Of a stretch of DNA of 64,000 nt, positions 1 to 14,320 are shown in pieces. Origin of the DNA: Octopus vulgaris (taxonomy: Eukaryota); NCBI GenBank assembly GCA_951406725.2, contig OX597817.1:46872001-46936000 (forward strand), read 5' to 3'. Each line of letters opens with the position of its first letter. Within the stretch, counting starts at the first letter, position 1. A model generated the notes under the pieces. That model worked only from the letters and a program-made list of their open reading frames with translations, was not told where the DNA came from and made no database searches. A program made the position numbers and the translations under genes.

Positions 1-192
1 CAAATAATTGTGTGTGTCTGTGTGTGTGTGTGTGTGGTTGTTGGTCTGTGCGTATGTATGCATGTATACATACGCACGTACAATCATATATACATATGGA
101 CATATGTGTACGTGAGTGCGCGTGCATGCGTGTGATCTGTCTGTTTTCGCCTATGTATGTATGTATATGTATGTGTATGTGCGTGTGCATGT

Positions 193-231
<39 letters not shown>

Positions 232-1120
232 AGCTTATAGTTTGTTACTTCGGCAACAACCTATAGGAAGTTAATAAGTGACATTGGATTTCTTGGCTTG
301 AAAAGTACTAATTTGTTTCTGAGTAGACCATTTTACTGTTTATTGGTATTAGACTGATTAAGCTGATATTCTTGCAGCTTTTGTTGTTGCTACTACTACT
401 ACTATTACTACTACTACTGCTGCTGCTGCTGCTACTGCAGCTGCTGCTTGTATTAATACTACTATGTGCTGTGTATGGGAGAGGGAGTGATGGGTAGAGA
501 TACAGAATAGGTGAGATGAACGTAATGAAGAACAGGGGTCAAGAGATATATATGGAAGGTACGGAAGATGGGGAAGAGGGGAGAGTAGGTGACAACTGCA
601 GAAACATTAGTTAAGGCTGAGTGGTGGCTATGGATACATACGAGTTGGGGGAAGGCTGGGAAAAGATGATTATTGACGATGTGGAAAAAAGACGAGTGAA
701 TGGCGGTAAAATAGCAATAAAAACAACAATAATATTAATGATAATATAACAGGCAAGAAAGAATGAGAAGATGAGAGGGAAAAAATGGGGGCGATAGGGT
801 GTGGTCGTGTAGGTTTTAAGAGAGTGGAGGATGCTTAGTGAATAGGGCAATGGGGTACGTATGGTGGTGGAGAAGGTAATTTCGTGGCGGATAAAGGTGG
901 AGAGGTCAGTATTAAGAATGTAAAATTGATAACAAGGGAAATGATTCAGGATAGTAAGAAGTGGTATCGAGAAAAAGTTGATGCAGCATACAGATTCCAT
1001 CACATTTAATTGCAGCAGTTAAATAAAGCAGTTAGAAAAATGCGGTTGGCTGGAAGGTCTTGAAACGGGCATTGAAGTAGGAGTACCCAACTTAGCTTCC
1101 ATATATATATATACTTATAT

Positions 1121-1390
1121 ATATTATATTAAATTAGAGACAATTAACAGCCATGAAACGATCGTAGTGATATATTAATTATATTTTTTAATAATTTTGT
1201 TATATATTTAAATAATATAAATTAAATAATCTTATGTATTGGCTTAAGTTTTTCATTGTATGATTTGCCTAATAGTGGTTTTGTCTCTAATTTAATATAA
1301 TATAATATTTTACTATAAAATTGGATTCAATCCTAAATCTGATTTTTCCCTGTAAGTTTGGATTTATTCCCTAATATTTATTATTATACT
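1121..1390 (+). mobile_element. PLE-like pseudo-LTR fragment with inverted terminus and 3' half of a hammerhead motif
   Basis: 23-bp inverted repeat ATATTATATTAAATTAGAGACAA (1121-1143) / TTGTCTCTAATTTAATATAATAT (1281-1303); GAAAC-GATC-GTA (HHR 3' half with palindromic stem III) at ~1155; flanked by (TA)n. Confidence 0.45.
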
Positions 1391-1729
<339 letters not shown>

Positions 1730-1797
1730 CTGTCCTCGGGTATCGTATATGGATGTGATCTTTCATTGTTTTTCCCTTATACCTATGTGAGTTATTT

Positions 1798-2318
1798 TCT
1801 GAGTATGCATTGTCTGGAGACTTTTATTTGCAGTTGAAGAAATAGCCAAATTTTTGGCTGCTATTTCTGAAAAGTTCGGTGTGTGGTAAAGTGAATTTTT
1901 TTACTTTACCATATTTTTATAAATTAATACTTCAAATATACCGTAAATGGTCTTTACATACCGAATACTGCTTGGTCGAATTTATTAACAATTAATTAAT
2001 TCTACCCCCTTTTTTTATGACAATATAATGCTTTATCTCCAAGAATTTGAACTGCAGTTTTTACCTCTGTAGAAATGTAATGCTCTATGACTCACGTGGG
2101 TGGACAGGGAGAATAATAGATCTCATTCGTATTTTTGGATTCGCTAGTACTGGGTGTCTGGCATGGTTTGTCTGAGTATGCATTGTCTGAGTATGCATTG
2201 TCTGGAGACTTTTACTTGCAGTTGAAGAAATAGCCAAATTTTTGGCTGCTATTTCTGAAAAGTTCGGTGTGTGGTAAAGTGAATTTTTTTACTTTACCAT
2301 ATTTTTATAAATTAATAC

Positions 2319-2322
<4 letters not shown>
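1798..2322. repeat. 137-bp near-identical direct repeat pair (pLTR/LTR-like) between (TA)n tracts
   Basis: 1798-1934 and 2186-2322 differ by about one base; extra 15-bp TCTGAGTATGCATTG duplication at 2171-2185; the block is bounded by (TA)n. Confidence 0.85.
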
Positions 2323-2371
<49 letters not shown>

Positions 2372-2464
2372 AGAGAGAGTAAGAGAGAGAATGCTAGCGG
2401 TACAGATGGAGACCGTTAGTTTTGATATATATAAATATACATACATACATACATATATATATAC

Positions 2465-2503
<39 letters not shown>

Positions 2504-2663
2504 GGAACAAAACCTAAATATATTCAGAAGATAAACACATATGTACAAGCATATAGATATTTATGTATACATATATATTGACAAATAAATTTATATTTAC
2601 AATGGAGTATAAAAATGACAGTAAAGTAAGAAATTTTTTTTTAACTTTTTACACCTATATATA

Positions 2664-2841
2664 CAGTAATCCCTCGACTATCGCGGGTGTTACGTTCCAA
2701 AACCTCCCACAGAAATAATTAAATCTAAAAAATATAAATACCTATCGGCCGCAGTAACCCGCAATATGCTGAGTAGTCCGCGATATAAATTTTCAGAAAA
2801 ATCCGCGATGTAGTGAATGCGTGATACGCGAACTGCGATAT
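2664..2841 (+). mobile_element. Tigger/pogo-type MITE, right end lost
   Basis: TA|CAGTAATCCCTCGACTATCGCGG terminus and repeated CCGCGATA sub-terminal motifs typical of Tigger-like elements. Confidence 0.6.
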
Positions 2842-2854
2842 GTATCTGTGCTCA

Positions 2855-2894
<40 letters not shown>

Positions 2895-2944
2895 CGTGTG
2901 TGTGTGTGTGTGTGCACAGATTGTGCTTCCATAATTTCAGTTTC

Positions 2945-3065
2945 GCCGAGGTGGGTGTGTTTCCTCGGAAACTTCATATCGCCAACCATCCTCGTCCTTT
3001 GTATCTTTTCCTTGAGATTCAAGGTTCTGAGATCAACCTTCACCTCTTTGACCCAAGTCTTCCTG

Positions 3066-3099
<34 letters not shown>

Positions 3100-3390
3100 G
3101 CAAGATCCATTCCGTATTAAGTGATCGGCACTTACTTATACAGCTGTTCTCATCCGTAAAAAATTACAGCGCAGTCTTCTTCCTTGCATGCAACATCCGA
3201 TTCTTCGTATTCTTTATTTGCTTCTGCCATTTGGCTGCGGCCATGTTGGAGCACCGCCTTTAGTCGAGCAAATCGATCCCGGGATTTATTCTTTGTAAGC
3301 CTAGTACTTATTCTATCGGTCTCTTTTTGCCGAAGAGCTAGGTTACGGGGATGTAAACACACCAACATCGGTTGTCAAGCGATGTTGTGG

Positions 3391-3459
<69 letters not shown>

Positions 3460-4160
3460 GGTCTTCTTTCAGTTTCCGTCTACCAAATCCACTCACAAGC
3501 TTTGGTCGGCCCGAGGCTATAGTAGAAGACACTTGCCCAAGGTGCCACGCAGTGGGACTGAACCCGAAACCATGTGGTTTGTAAGCAAGCTACTTACCAT
3601 ACACCCACTCCTGCACCTAGTTTTTTCTTTTCTCTGAACACATTTGTACTTTCTCGTTCATGCCCACTTACATTAAATATCCAACGGAGCATGTTAGTTT
3701 TACTTCTTCCCCCTCATCTGCATTCTAGGCCTTTGTTTCACTACTATGCAGCATCTCAGATGTAACACAAGCCTCATACAATCTGAGGGGAAAGGACCTT
3801 GCTAGCAGCAGTAGATCTCTGAACATTTTCCAAGCAATTCTAACCGTGTTTACTATTCTTTCAGAGCACGCTCATTGCATCTATTTGGGTAGCAACAGCT
3901 ATCGACCACTTCTAGTGAGACATCTGACCATTTAAGATAATTTCTTACTGGTGTGTTCATAACACATAGTACTCCAGTGCATTAGCTACAGTTGAGGCTT
4001 ACTTTCTGTATGTCTACCTGTGATTTCACCACATCCCTAGTGTGTCCATAGCTCACATTAGGTACAGCGTATTGAATTTACAAGTACCCCCTTTTTCAGA
4101 TCGAACAAGACTGTATTCCTCAAGATTCCAGGGTCCTGTCTGCTTTCCTACTTACTAAAA
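2945..4160 (-). mobile_element. degenerate RTE-clade LINE, 3' part of ORF, interrupted by a SINE and (CT)n
   Basis: Minus-strand peptides in order NSIRCT*CELWTH (PHD-like), RIAWKMFRDLL, RLYEACV..MLHSSET, MLRWIFNVS, RIRRIGCCMQGRRLR, KCRSL, RKTWVKEVKVDLRTLNL match the RTE RT C-terminus; stops and frameshifts present. Confidence 0.8.
3212..3619 (-). mobile_element. SINE family A (tRNA head + CORE-like domain + internal microsatellite)
   Basis: Minus strand: A-box-like head, GGTTCAGTCCC B box, CCTTGGGCAAGTG CORE-like motif; ~12 copies in the window; splits the RTE reading frame. Confidence 0.9.
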
Positions 4161-5451
4161 CATGTATGTATGTATGTATGTATGTATTGTCATATATTTC
4201 TCCCATATCTAACAAGGAACGTTACAGAATCTAAAAACTGGTGTTGGTCTGCGTCGGAAAGACGTTTATTACTTAGTAAAATACACGAAAAGACCACGGT
4301 GAACTTGCCATGGTGAAAATCCAAAGTTGAACAGGAAGAAATTAATGACAGAATGCTCAGCCTCTCTTTAATGTCTCTCCTATCAATTTTGACCGCAAAA
4401 AGTACTCTGTCCGAAACGTTGGATTTTCCACTCCCCACTGAACGTTCAATGTAGTATTCTTATTCATTTTATTACTTAATGCTACAGGTACCTAGTTATG
4501 GATGAAAATTATGAAGGGAATTCTATCAAGGAAGACGTACCCAAGTATTAATACACAGATAAAAATATATGGTTCTCACAGCTCTGTATATACAGTAAAA
4601 TCGGTGGTCCGCAATGTGGTAGGTTTTCTAGTATTCATGTCAAAACTTGGGAGGCTACATAAGAAGCGGGGCCATTGATGTTAAAACCTGATAGCTATTA
4701 AGCACTACCGGAAATGTTCACATCAATAGTGATATTGGTCTTCTACACTTAAAATGCAAGTAAAGAGGCAGGAATTCAATATCGATTCAAACAGCATTTG
4801 AATGTCAGATCATATCCCTTCGATAACATTGATTAATGATCAAGCGTTGAAATACATCCATGGATCAATCTTCCATATATAAGGCGAACGGCATGATGCA
4901 AGTCTGAAAGGATCTCCTAAGGAATTAATCCCTGGTTAATGATCAGAATACTCACTCAGGGAATTTACAGAATGGTAGGGGAAAGGCTTCCTGTTTATCA
5001 ACCGAATGTCATGCATATCTGTGTTTCCAAATATCTTCAAAGTGACATTAAGATCGATGATCAAAGTTGTCTATCTAGAATCAATGATCAATATTTTAAC
5101 GCTTACTTTGAAGAATATCCTTCTCTAATCCAGTAACATGTGAAGTAGCTACATGTCACAACTGATCCAGTTTCTATGGCATTAACGTAGATGTAAACCG
5201 TGTCATATGCTGTTCCTCGAAAATGTCATCAGATTACTATCCACCTATACGGCACATTGTCATAGCCAAAACAATATGCAATGCAATACGTAGGAAGTTT
5301 TGATAAGAAAAATATGAAAAAGCTACAGTGATATTGAGACCTTAGTCACTCAAATCATAAAAGAATACAGGCAGAATGTTCCTGGCAAAATCTCTTTAAA
5401 ATGCAAGCATAATTAACCAGATGTAATTGATCTAGAGTTGTTGTTGTTGCT

Positions 5452-5573
5452 GTTTGTTCCTTCTCGAGACACGCCTGGCTCATAAGGGCCGGTTTCCCAG
5501 TTTCCTTGGCGTAAAGGTTCCCCACCTGGTCGGGACACCGGTCCGTCGCAATTGAGCTGCAAGATGCAGGAGC
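5452..5573 (-). mobile_element. SINE family C, 3' fragment
   Basis: Reverse complement matches 37030-37150. Confidence 0.85.
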
Positions 5574-6014
5574 AGTGGTCGCTTTAATAACGACTTCATC
5601 ACAAACAGTTACATACTAAAAACTAGGTATCCCTGAGTTTTGGGAACGGCTACAACAGACGTGTTCTTCCATAGTCAACGAGGATACCGATAGAAAAAGT
5701 GCCGAGATTGTAACTAAATCAAGTACCTGAGTCGCCTTAGTCTCCACAGCTGTTTCTGGAAGCCAATAATTACATAATCTTAATTTGCAGGTGATATTTG
5801 GAAAAGTCGCAGTTAATTTATGGCGTCATCTACATCGAGTTGAACTGTTAATAAACCAATTACTTCACGTTCTCTCGAAGTTACTAAATTCAAATTCATA
5901 TAACATAAACAATGTTCATGTGGGGAGGGGGGTAATAGAATTACAACCTTGGAATTACAACTCTCAATATTATGTCTTTGGTTCTGTGTTAATTAAAGTT
6001 ATTATTATTATTAT

Positions 6015-6368
6015 TCAGTAGTTTTATTTTTATATCGCGCTTTCACTTCACTACCAAGCGCAGCTCTCTGTGCCTTGGGTATGTGCTGTGGTTTGCTGTG
6101 ATGCTCTGATGGTTACAGTATTGAAAGTCTTTTGCGTAGGATGTGTCCAGTAGTGCATTTTTCTGTATGTTACATATATTTGTAAGTCCTGGTTTCTTTT
6201 GTTATGTATTTGTCTGAATATTTTTTTATCATACCTAATGCGCCTACTATGATTGGAATTGTTTCTGTTTTTAGATTCCACATTCGAGTTACCTCTATTT
6301 CCAGGTTTTTGTATTTTGAAAGATTCTCCATTTCTTTTAGAGAAACGTTGTTATCTGCTGGTATTGAA
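6015..6368 (-). mobile_element. R4/Dong-type non-LTR retrotransposon, 3' end
   Basis: Minus-strand SIPADNNVSLKEMENLSKYKNLEIEVTRMWNLKTETIPIIVGALGMIKK (RLE C-terminus); ends AAAATAAAACTACTGAAT then (AAT)n; (ATT)n on both sides. Confidence 0.85.
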
Positions 6369-6644
6369 TCATCATCATCATTATTATTGACATTATTTTT
6401 ATTTTATTATTATTATTATTATCATCACTAATATTATTATCATCATTATTATTAATATTATTTTTATTATTTTATTATTATTATTATTATTGTTGTTATT
6501 ATTATTATTATCACTAATATTATTATTATTTTTTTTTTAATTTTATTATTATTATTGTTGTTATTATTATTATCACTAATATTATTATTATTTTTTTTAT
6601 TATTTTATTATTATTATTGTTGTTATTATTATTATTATCACTAA

Positions 6645-6688
<44 letters not shown>
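6369..6688. repeat. (ATT)n with higher-order ~60-90 bp unit
   Basis: ATCACTAATATTATTAT recurs 4 times within the ATT tract. Confidence 0.85.
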
Positions 6689-6689
<1 letters not shown>

Positions 6690-7252
6690 GGCGACGAGCT
6701 GGCAGAATCGTTAGCACGCCGCTGGATGAAATGATTTTGCGCTCCAGCATGGCGACAGTTTAATCACTGATACAAATAAATGATAATAGACGAAAGACAC
6801 ATATAAAGAAATATTGTTGTTCTTGTTTAATGTAAGGATGATTCGTTTCCTTAAAAATAAAATAAATCTACCGATTCCCTTTCCTACAAAAATTGCTTGC
6901 TATAATGACGAACGTCTAACTTCCGCCAACATTGCATATTATGTGTGCATATTACGGTTATAGATTTCAATGCAGAAACTGGATGCTATGCCATTGTAAC
7001 AAACTGTAATAGAGAAAAGTTGTCGTTAGTGGTGGTGGTGATGGTGGTGGTGGTGGTGCGGGCGAGGGTGTTATTTTTTTTTTTCGTTGGGTATGGGAGA
7101 GGGATTAAAAGAATCGCTCTGCTGTTTTGCTGCTGGATATTATAGATTTTGTTTAAGATCCCTTATAAACAATCCTCCATTTTCCTTTTCTTTTATCTTC
7201 CATTAAGTTCCTCTCACTCTCTATTATTTCACTCTCTCCTTTTCAATCCTTC

Positions 7253-7293
<41 letters not shown>

Positions 7294-7664
7294 GTGTGTA
7301 TGTGTCTATACGTGTTTATGTATGTGGTACTGTAGTTCTGGTTCCGTCCACTTTCACTATTTAAATTTCGTTACATTTCCTTCTTATTTTTTTCTTCTCT
7401 ATCTATATTTTTTCTTTCAGTCTCACGTATTTCCTTCGTCTCATATTGTTTCTTTATCTCTTGCCTTTATATGTACATACACACATATACACAAATGTAT
7501 ACGTGTGTACATATACAGACATAAACACATACATCAACATACACACGAATACACACATACACTTGTATATATATATACACACATATCATGTATATATATA
7601 CACATGTTTATATTTATGTGTATACATATGTATTTGTAAATATACATATACATACATATATGTA

Positions 7665-7707
<43 letters not shown>

Positions 7708-7743
7708 TATGTATATATACATACATATAAATATATACATATA

Positions 7744-7775
<32 letters not shown>

Positions 7776-8309
7776 ATACATATATATATATTTATACATA
7801 TAATTGTATATACATATATATATTTACATATATATATATACATATATACATACACACACAAACACACACACACACACACATATATACGTATAATTTTCAA
7901 CGTTCCTTTCTCTTCACTCAATTTTTTTCCCATTTCTATATATCATGGTTTATGGCAAGTGTGTGTGTGTGTGTGTGCACGTGTGTGCATGTGTGTGTGT
8001 GTGTGTGTCTGTGTGTCTGTCTGTCTGTCTGTCTGTGTGTCTTCGTGGTCAGAGAGAAATACAACCATGTTTGTAAGTCTGGATGTATTTATCTGCATGT
8101 ATGTATTCAGTAACTGTAGCAGTAAATCGATATTGCGGCTTCACGCTTGTTTCCGGAAGCGGGGTGTGGGTTAATCTAAATAGATTTTGTTATCTATAAT
8201 GGACGCGATGCGAAAACGAATGTGTATATACAAAATTCTATACACTTCTTCAAAAGTGAACTTTGAGCGCTTTAATATTTCATATATAGAACAACAGAAA
8301 CATACACTC

Positions 8310-8735
8310 AGTAAGGCGGCGAACTGGCAGAATCGTTAGCACGCCGGGCGAAATGCGTAGCCGTATTTCGTCTGCCATTACGTTCTGAGTTCAAATTCAA
8401 CCGAGGTTGACTTTGCCTTTCATCCTTTCGGGGTCGATAAATTAAGTACCAGTTACGCACTGGGGTCGATCTAATCGACTTAATCCGTTTGTCTGTGCTT
8501 GTTTGTCCTCTCTGTGTTTAGCCCATTGTGGATATTAAAAAAATAAGTATTTCGTCTGCTGCTACGTTCTGATTTCAAATTCCGCCGAGGTCGACTTTGC
8601 CTTTCATCCTTTCGTACCAGTTGCGTACCAGTTGCGTACCAGTTGCGTACTGGGGTCGATCTACTCGACTTAATCCCTTTGTCTGTCGTTGTTTGTCCCC
8701 TCTATGTTTAGCCCCTTGTGGGCAATAGAGAAATA
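8310..8735 (+). mobile_element. SINE family B dimer (tRNA-like head + Meta/MESC-like core)
   Basis: TGGCAGAATCG A box, GAGTTCAAAT B box, core GACTTTGCCTTTCATCCTTTCGGGGTCGATAAATTAAGTACCAG; two units; 14-bp TSD AGAAACATACACTC at 8296-8309 and 8736-8749. Confidence 0.92.
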
Positions 8736-9074
8736 AGAAACATACACTCCGTGTGTGTCTGTGTGTGTGTGCACAGGGTGTACCGGCTCTTTGTGAAGAA
8801 ATTTAACAGGCCATAAAGGAAAGACGTTCTAACGTAATGTTACACAGCATGCGCCAAATTTTAACTTTTTTGTCTCTCATTCAGTTGATGGACGTCATTT
8901 CTGCGCAGAATCTCATCATATATGTGTGTGCGTACGTGTGTGCGCGTGGGTGTGTATGCGTATGTACATGTGTGTGTGTTTGTACCTGCGCGCGCGATGT
9001 GTATGTATGTGCGTGTGCGTGCGTACGTGCATGTATGTGTGTGTGTACGTCTGTACTTTTGTTTTTTTTGTATG

Positions 9075-9488
9075 TTTCTTATTTCTTTATTGCCCACAAG
9101 GGGCTAAACAGAATGGACAAGCAAGGACAGACAAACGCATTAAGTCGATTAGATCGACCCCAATGCGTAACTGGCACTTAATTTATCGACCCCGAAAGGA
9201 TGAAAGTCGACATTGGCGAAATGTGAACTCAGAACATAACGGCAGACGAAATACCTATTTCTTTACTACTCACAAGGAGCTAAACACAGAGGGGACAAAC
9301 AAGGACAGACAAACGGATTAAGTCGATTACATCGACCCCAGTGCGTAACTGGTACTTAATTTATCGACCCCGAAAGGATGAAAGGCAAAGTCGACCTCGG
9401 CGGAATTTCAACTCAGAACGTAATGGCAGACGAAATACGGCTACGTATTTCGCCCGGCGTGCTAACGTTTCTGCCAGCTCGCCGCCTT
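9075..9488 (-). mobile_element. SINE family B dimer
   Basis: Reverse complement of the 8310-8735 type. Confidence 0.9.
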
Positions 9489-10439
9489 GTGGGTCTCTTT
9501 CTTTAAACCCATTTATTTTATAACTTGGTATGTTAATTGACTAAACAACGCAGCAAATATCACATTCACACACCTAAGAATGTTTTCTCTTTATTAACAA
9601 ATCAAATGCAATTTATTATGTCTGTGTAGCAGACACTTGAAAAGACAGTTTTCAGCAAACATTTCATTCTCAAATACAGCGATACTAGAAATATTCGTAA
9701 GCTGAGTTAATTAATATGCATAAATGAAATATCTCGAGTTCTGTCAGAAGTACGCTGATGAAATTAGATTTGTCAGTTACTTATGTTAAGGTATATATTT
9801 TAGAACGACAATTTATAAATATTCAAATTACCTAATTATATATTCTTATCTTAAATGTGAAAATTATGCACATTAATTTTCCCAATTTTCACCTGGCTTA
9901 TATTCCTTGTTAAACTTGTTTTATGAGTTGTTTTATTATTTTAGAATATAATTTTATTACAGTATCTGCTAACTATCATCATCCGTTTTAATGAACCATC
10001 GATAAATAGTAGTACCACTCACTCTATACGGAATACTTTTAGTATACCAGTAGGTAACTACAGTTCATGTTTTAAATATGAATGCCAACTATATTCAATA
10101 AGAAAGCAAAAATATTTCAGAGGTGTATTTTCCAGACAAATTATTTGATTGAAGATCTACGTTGAAACTAAAACAAATTTACAAGTTGGAAAACGTATAT
10201 TTTTTGTTCAAAAGTACTCAAAAACGGCCGACTTCAATCAAACATTATTTACTGACGAAATTTTCTCTGCACCAACTTCGATTTGATGCCATTCCACTGC
10301 AGAGGAATGGCGTCTGGGACCATGTCGCAGTTTGTGTAACGAAAATTTTGACACTTAATAATAAATATTTATGCTTTTGAGCAAAAAATAGAATTAGCAA
10401 AATATGCCCTAATTTTCAAAATGGTTGTAGCTGTGTTGA

Positions 10440-10473
<34 letters not shown>

Positions 10474-12648
10474 AATTATTCTTAAAAGCTGGATACCTCA
10501 CAATGAATGAGTACGATGTACAAATGTGAAGTCCATTGAAGGCATAAATATCGTACTGATCCACTGAGTGTAACTCTCAAGAACAATATGCATTGAGTAG
10601 TGGAGGTTTTCAAAACTATAATGATTTTTTTTTGTATGATTCCAGTACGAAAGTTTCGTCTTTTTCCGAGTCTCGTAACCAGAGATCTAAATAAAAATCT
10701 TAACAATAGACTTTTTCATATCCCAGCAATTTTAGAGCTGAACACAGTATTTATGAATATATAATAAATGAAAAGGTGAAAAGAGAAAATACGTGTTTAC
10801 TTTCGTTTGAACATAAATTACTTTTTAATTTCTCAAAAAATATCTGGGAATTTTTCATGAGAGTGTCTATGCATGTATGGGTATGTGTGGGAGTGCTAAG
10901 CCTAATAATAACAGAACAAATTTAGTCATGTTATTTTTATAAAGTGGGTTGAGCCTTTCTGAATCCATTATTTTGTCAAACGCGTGTCTTGGAAAGTATT
11001 TGTGCATCATTAAAGCCATAGAAAGCAGCATGACAGGTGTGAAGTTAGTCGTAATGATCTTCATTCGGCGAAACTACACGACACAGTACGGGCGGAAGGG
11101 CCTCTTCAGCCAACGGTCAGTCTTGGGCGAAACAATCCAGTTAACAGATTACTAACAGGTGATTCATCAACTCACTTTAGCTACTTGAAAACACTATGAA
11201 GTTCTGAACCTCATAGAGTCACCAATTGAAGTTAGATGACTGAGATGTATGTAAAATCAATTTTTACTCGTACAGCATGGTGTTAGCTGTCGGGGGATGC
11301 GTTGGTGATTCTCTCACATATTGTACTCCCTTTTAAACTGTACCATTACAGAAGTGAGCTATGACTGCAAAAAAAAAACATTGTCTCATATATTAGACAA
11401 CACAATCAAAAATACATAACCAGACAACCCTGAAGAAATAATGTAAAATGAATTGATGAACAAACAAGTATTTAAAATGTCTAAAAAAAAAGTTACATTT
11501 TTGTTGAAAAAAAGGACACGTATGAACGTTCATTTTAAAGGCAGGAAACGAAAGGAAAGGTCACGGTTTCGCATTGTAGTGAAACAAGAGGTGGTTTTAA
11601 GTTTAATCGTAAAGTGTATTTGTAAAGTTTAATTGTAAAGTTAATTGTAAAGTTTAATTGTAAAGGTATTCACGGTTCTTCTCGCAGTGGGGGCGAGATG
11701 GTCGCCTCATTTGCATCATTATTATGTTCATTTCATTATCATTTTCCATTCGTCTTTATGTCCCCGCATGTCAGTTGTATGTCCCCTCTATATTCAGAAC
11801 TTGTGCCTATAATAAAGAGAAAATCCTTGATCCTTCCAATAACCATCAACAATAATTTGTTATTGCGGAATCGCCCAAAACTCCATAATTCGTGCTTCTT
11901 AAAGGCAAACGTAATCCATGTCCGTATAACACACAACCGTGTTGCTCAGTGAAAGAGAAGTGCAAGATCTACACAGTTATGTTAAGAGTTTAAAAGAACA
12001 GGCATCTGTTTTTGACATCAAAGTGAAAATTTTCAGAAAGAAGCAGACTATAAAGAATACACCAAAAATATGCGGGATATGTATATCTACAAAGGTTAGT
12101 ATTCTTCACGAAATACCACCACTTAGACAAGTATCTCCCGAAAAAAAAAACTAGACGATTACACCACCAATTGGAGGAATAGATGAATACTTAATCTTTT
12201 ACCGGAAGGCTTTACGTTCTCTTCAAACCCTTTTGTTCTCAATAGAGTCTATATCAAATCATTTCGTGACACCCTAAAACTGTCAGCACTAACCTTTTCC
12301 ATACTTATTCTTTTGGTGTCCCCTCTTCCTTAAACACATATTCTTTTTAACTTTCTCACATGCAATTTCTAAGTCCCTTGTGTTTTATATTTTTAGGGTT
12401 TTGCATTCATTTCTAAATCCCTAAGGAAATTCAATCAACCCAGACAATACATATGCGTGTTTATCATGAGTTGTGCTCCTTACAACTTTTTTTTCTCTAC
12501 TATGCTGTACCGGAAATTCTGCATAATAACAAGCCATATGTGTTCCGGATGTTTTCAGAACAGGTCGAGTTCCATGCTTGCTAATTTCTTTACAAAAGCT
12601 GAACGGAAACCTTAGAGTTACGATGTATTACCAATAACACGCTGCATC

Positions 12649-12712
<64 letters not shown>

Positions 12713-13059
12713 CATACATATACGTGTGTGTGTGTGTGTGTGTGTGTGTCTATCTATGTATCTATGTATGCATATATGTATGTATGTGTCTGTGTATGTA
12801 TACACATTCATACATTCATATATTGGCTTCAACATTTTTCTTCTGTTTTACTGTTTGACGCCATTTTTCTCTTCTCTCTCCTTTGGCTCCTGTTTTCCTT
12901 CCTTCTTCCTATTTTTCTTACTTATCTCCCCTTCGATATCTTCTTTTCTCTTCTCTTTCCTCTTTTTTCATCTATTCTGCTCGCCACATTTCCGTTTCTT
13001 CTTCTTCTGCTTCCCATCCCTCTCATCACACAGATATACACATGTAAATATACAAACAC

Positions 13060-13090
13060 ATTATTATTATTATCGTCATTATCATTATTA

Positions 13091-13142
<52 letters not shown>

Positions 13143-13268
13143 CATTATCATCATTATTATTATTATTGTCATTGTTAATATTATCCTTATTATTATTATT
13201 ATTATCATTATTATCATTATCATCATTATTATTATTATTGTCATTGTTTATTACCATTATTATTATTA

Positions 13269-13308
<40 letters not shown>

Positions 13309-13309
13309 C

Positions 13310-13356
<47 letters not shown>

Positions 13357-13826
13357 TATTATTGTGATATGTACATACCTACATACATACATACATATAT
13401 TATACAGATGCGTATTTGTGAGCTTGTGTGCCTGTGTATGTATGTGCGTATTTCAGTCTGGGTGTCTTTTCTGCTCGTGTGTATGTGTGTGCTTGTGTGT
13501 GTGTGTGCATGCGCGTGTATGCGTGTGTGAGTACATATGTGTGTGTTCATTTTGTCTTTCTTACTCTCAGCATGTTCCTATTAATCAATAGTGAAATATA
13601 TAGTCGATATACAACAACTTAATTTGTTATAGCCATCTTGTCTTTCTCTACACCATCCCTATAGCACATCTTATGAATTATTTCTTTACGTGGAAGCGCG
13701 GCGGGTAATCTTATTGTTTTATGTTTATATATTATTTATTATTCAATTATTCTTTCCTTTGTTATGCATTCGAATGTTTTGCTGTGTTTTATTTTATTTG
13801 TAATCATCTCGCTTATAACGTCAACC

Positions 13827-13899
<73 letters not shown>

Positions 13900-13915
13900 C
13901 ATTATTATTATACTA

Positions 13916-13958
<43 letters not shown>

Positions 13959-14192
13959 CATTATTATTATTATCATTATCATTATTATTATCATCATCAT
14001 CAACATCATCATCACTATTATCATCATGATCATCATCGTTATCACTATTATCGTGATTATTATTATTATTTTATTTCCATTATTATCATTACAATTCTTC
14101 TTAGTATAAACATTTTTTTATCATTACCTATTATTATTATTATTATTATTGTTATTATAATTATTATTATCATCATTATTATTGTTATTATA

Positions 14193-14224
<32 letters not shown>

Positions 14225-14320
14225 TAATACTATTAGTATTACTACTACTACTACTGTTATTATTATTACTGTTATTATTATTATCATCATCATTATAATT
14301 CTTGTTGTTGTTGCTATTTT
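13060..14320. repeat. (ATT)n/(ATC)n compound microsatellite blocks
   Basis: Triplet tracts at 13060-13365 and 13830-14320; source of the spurious poly-I/L/Y ORFs. Confidence 0.95.

Noticed and set aside
9755-9775. Isolated CTGATGA motifs (also ~25164 and ~52414)
   Set aside because: No paired stem II followed by GAAA-N-UH; 52414 resembles the start of the 49549-49624 motif but lacks the rest.
11601-11666. 13-bp tandem GTTTAATTGTAAA x5
   Set aside because: Ordinary small slippage minisatellite.
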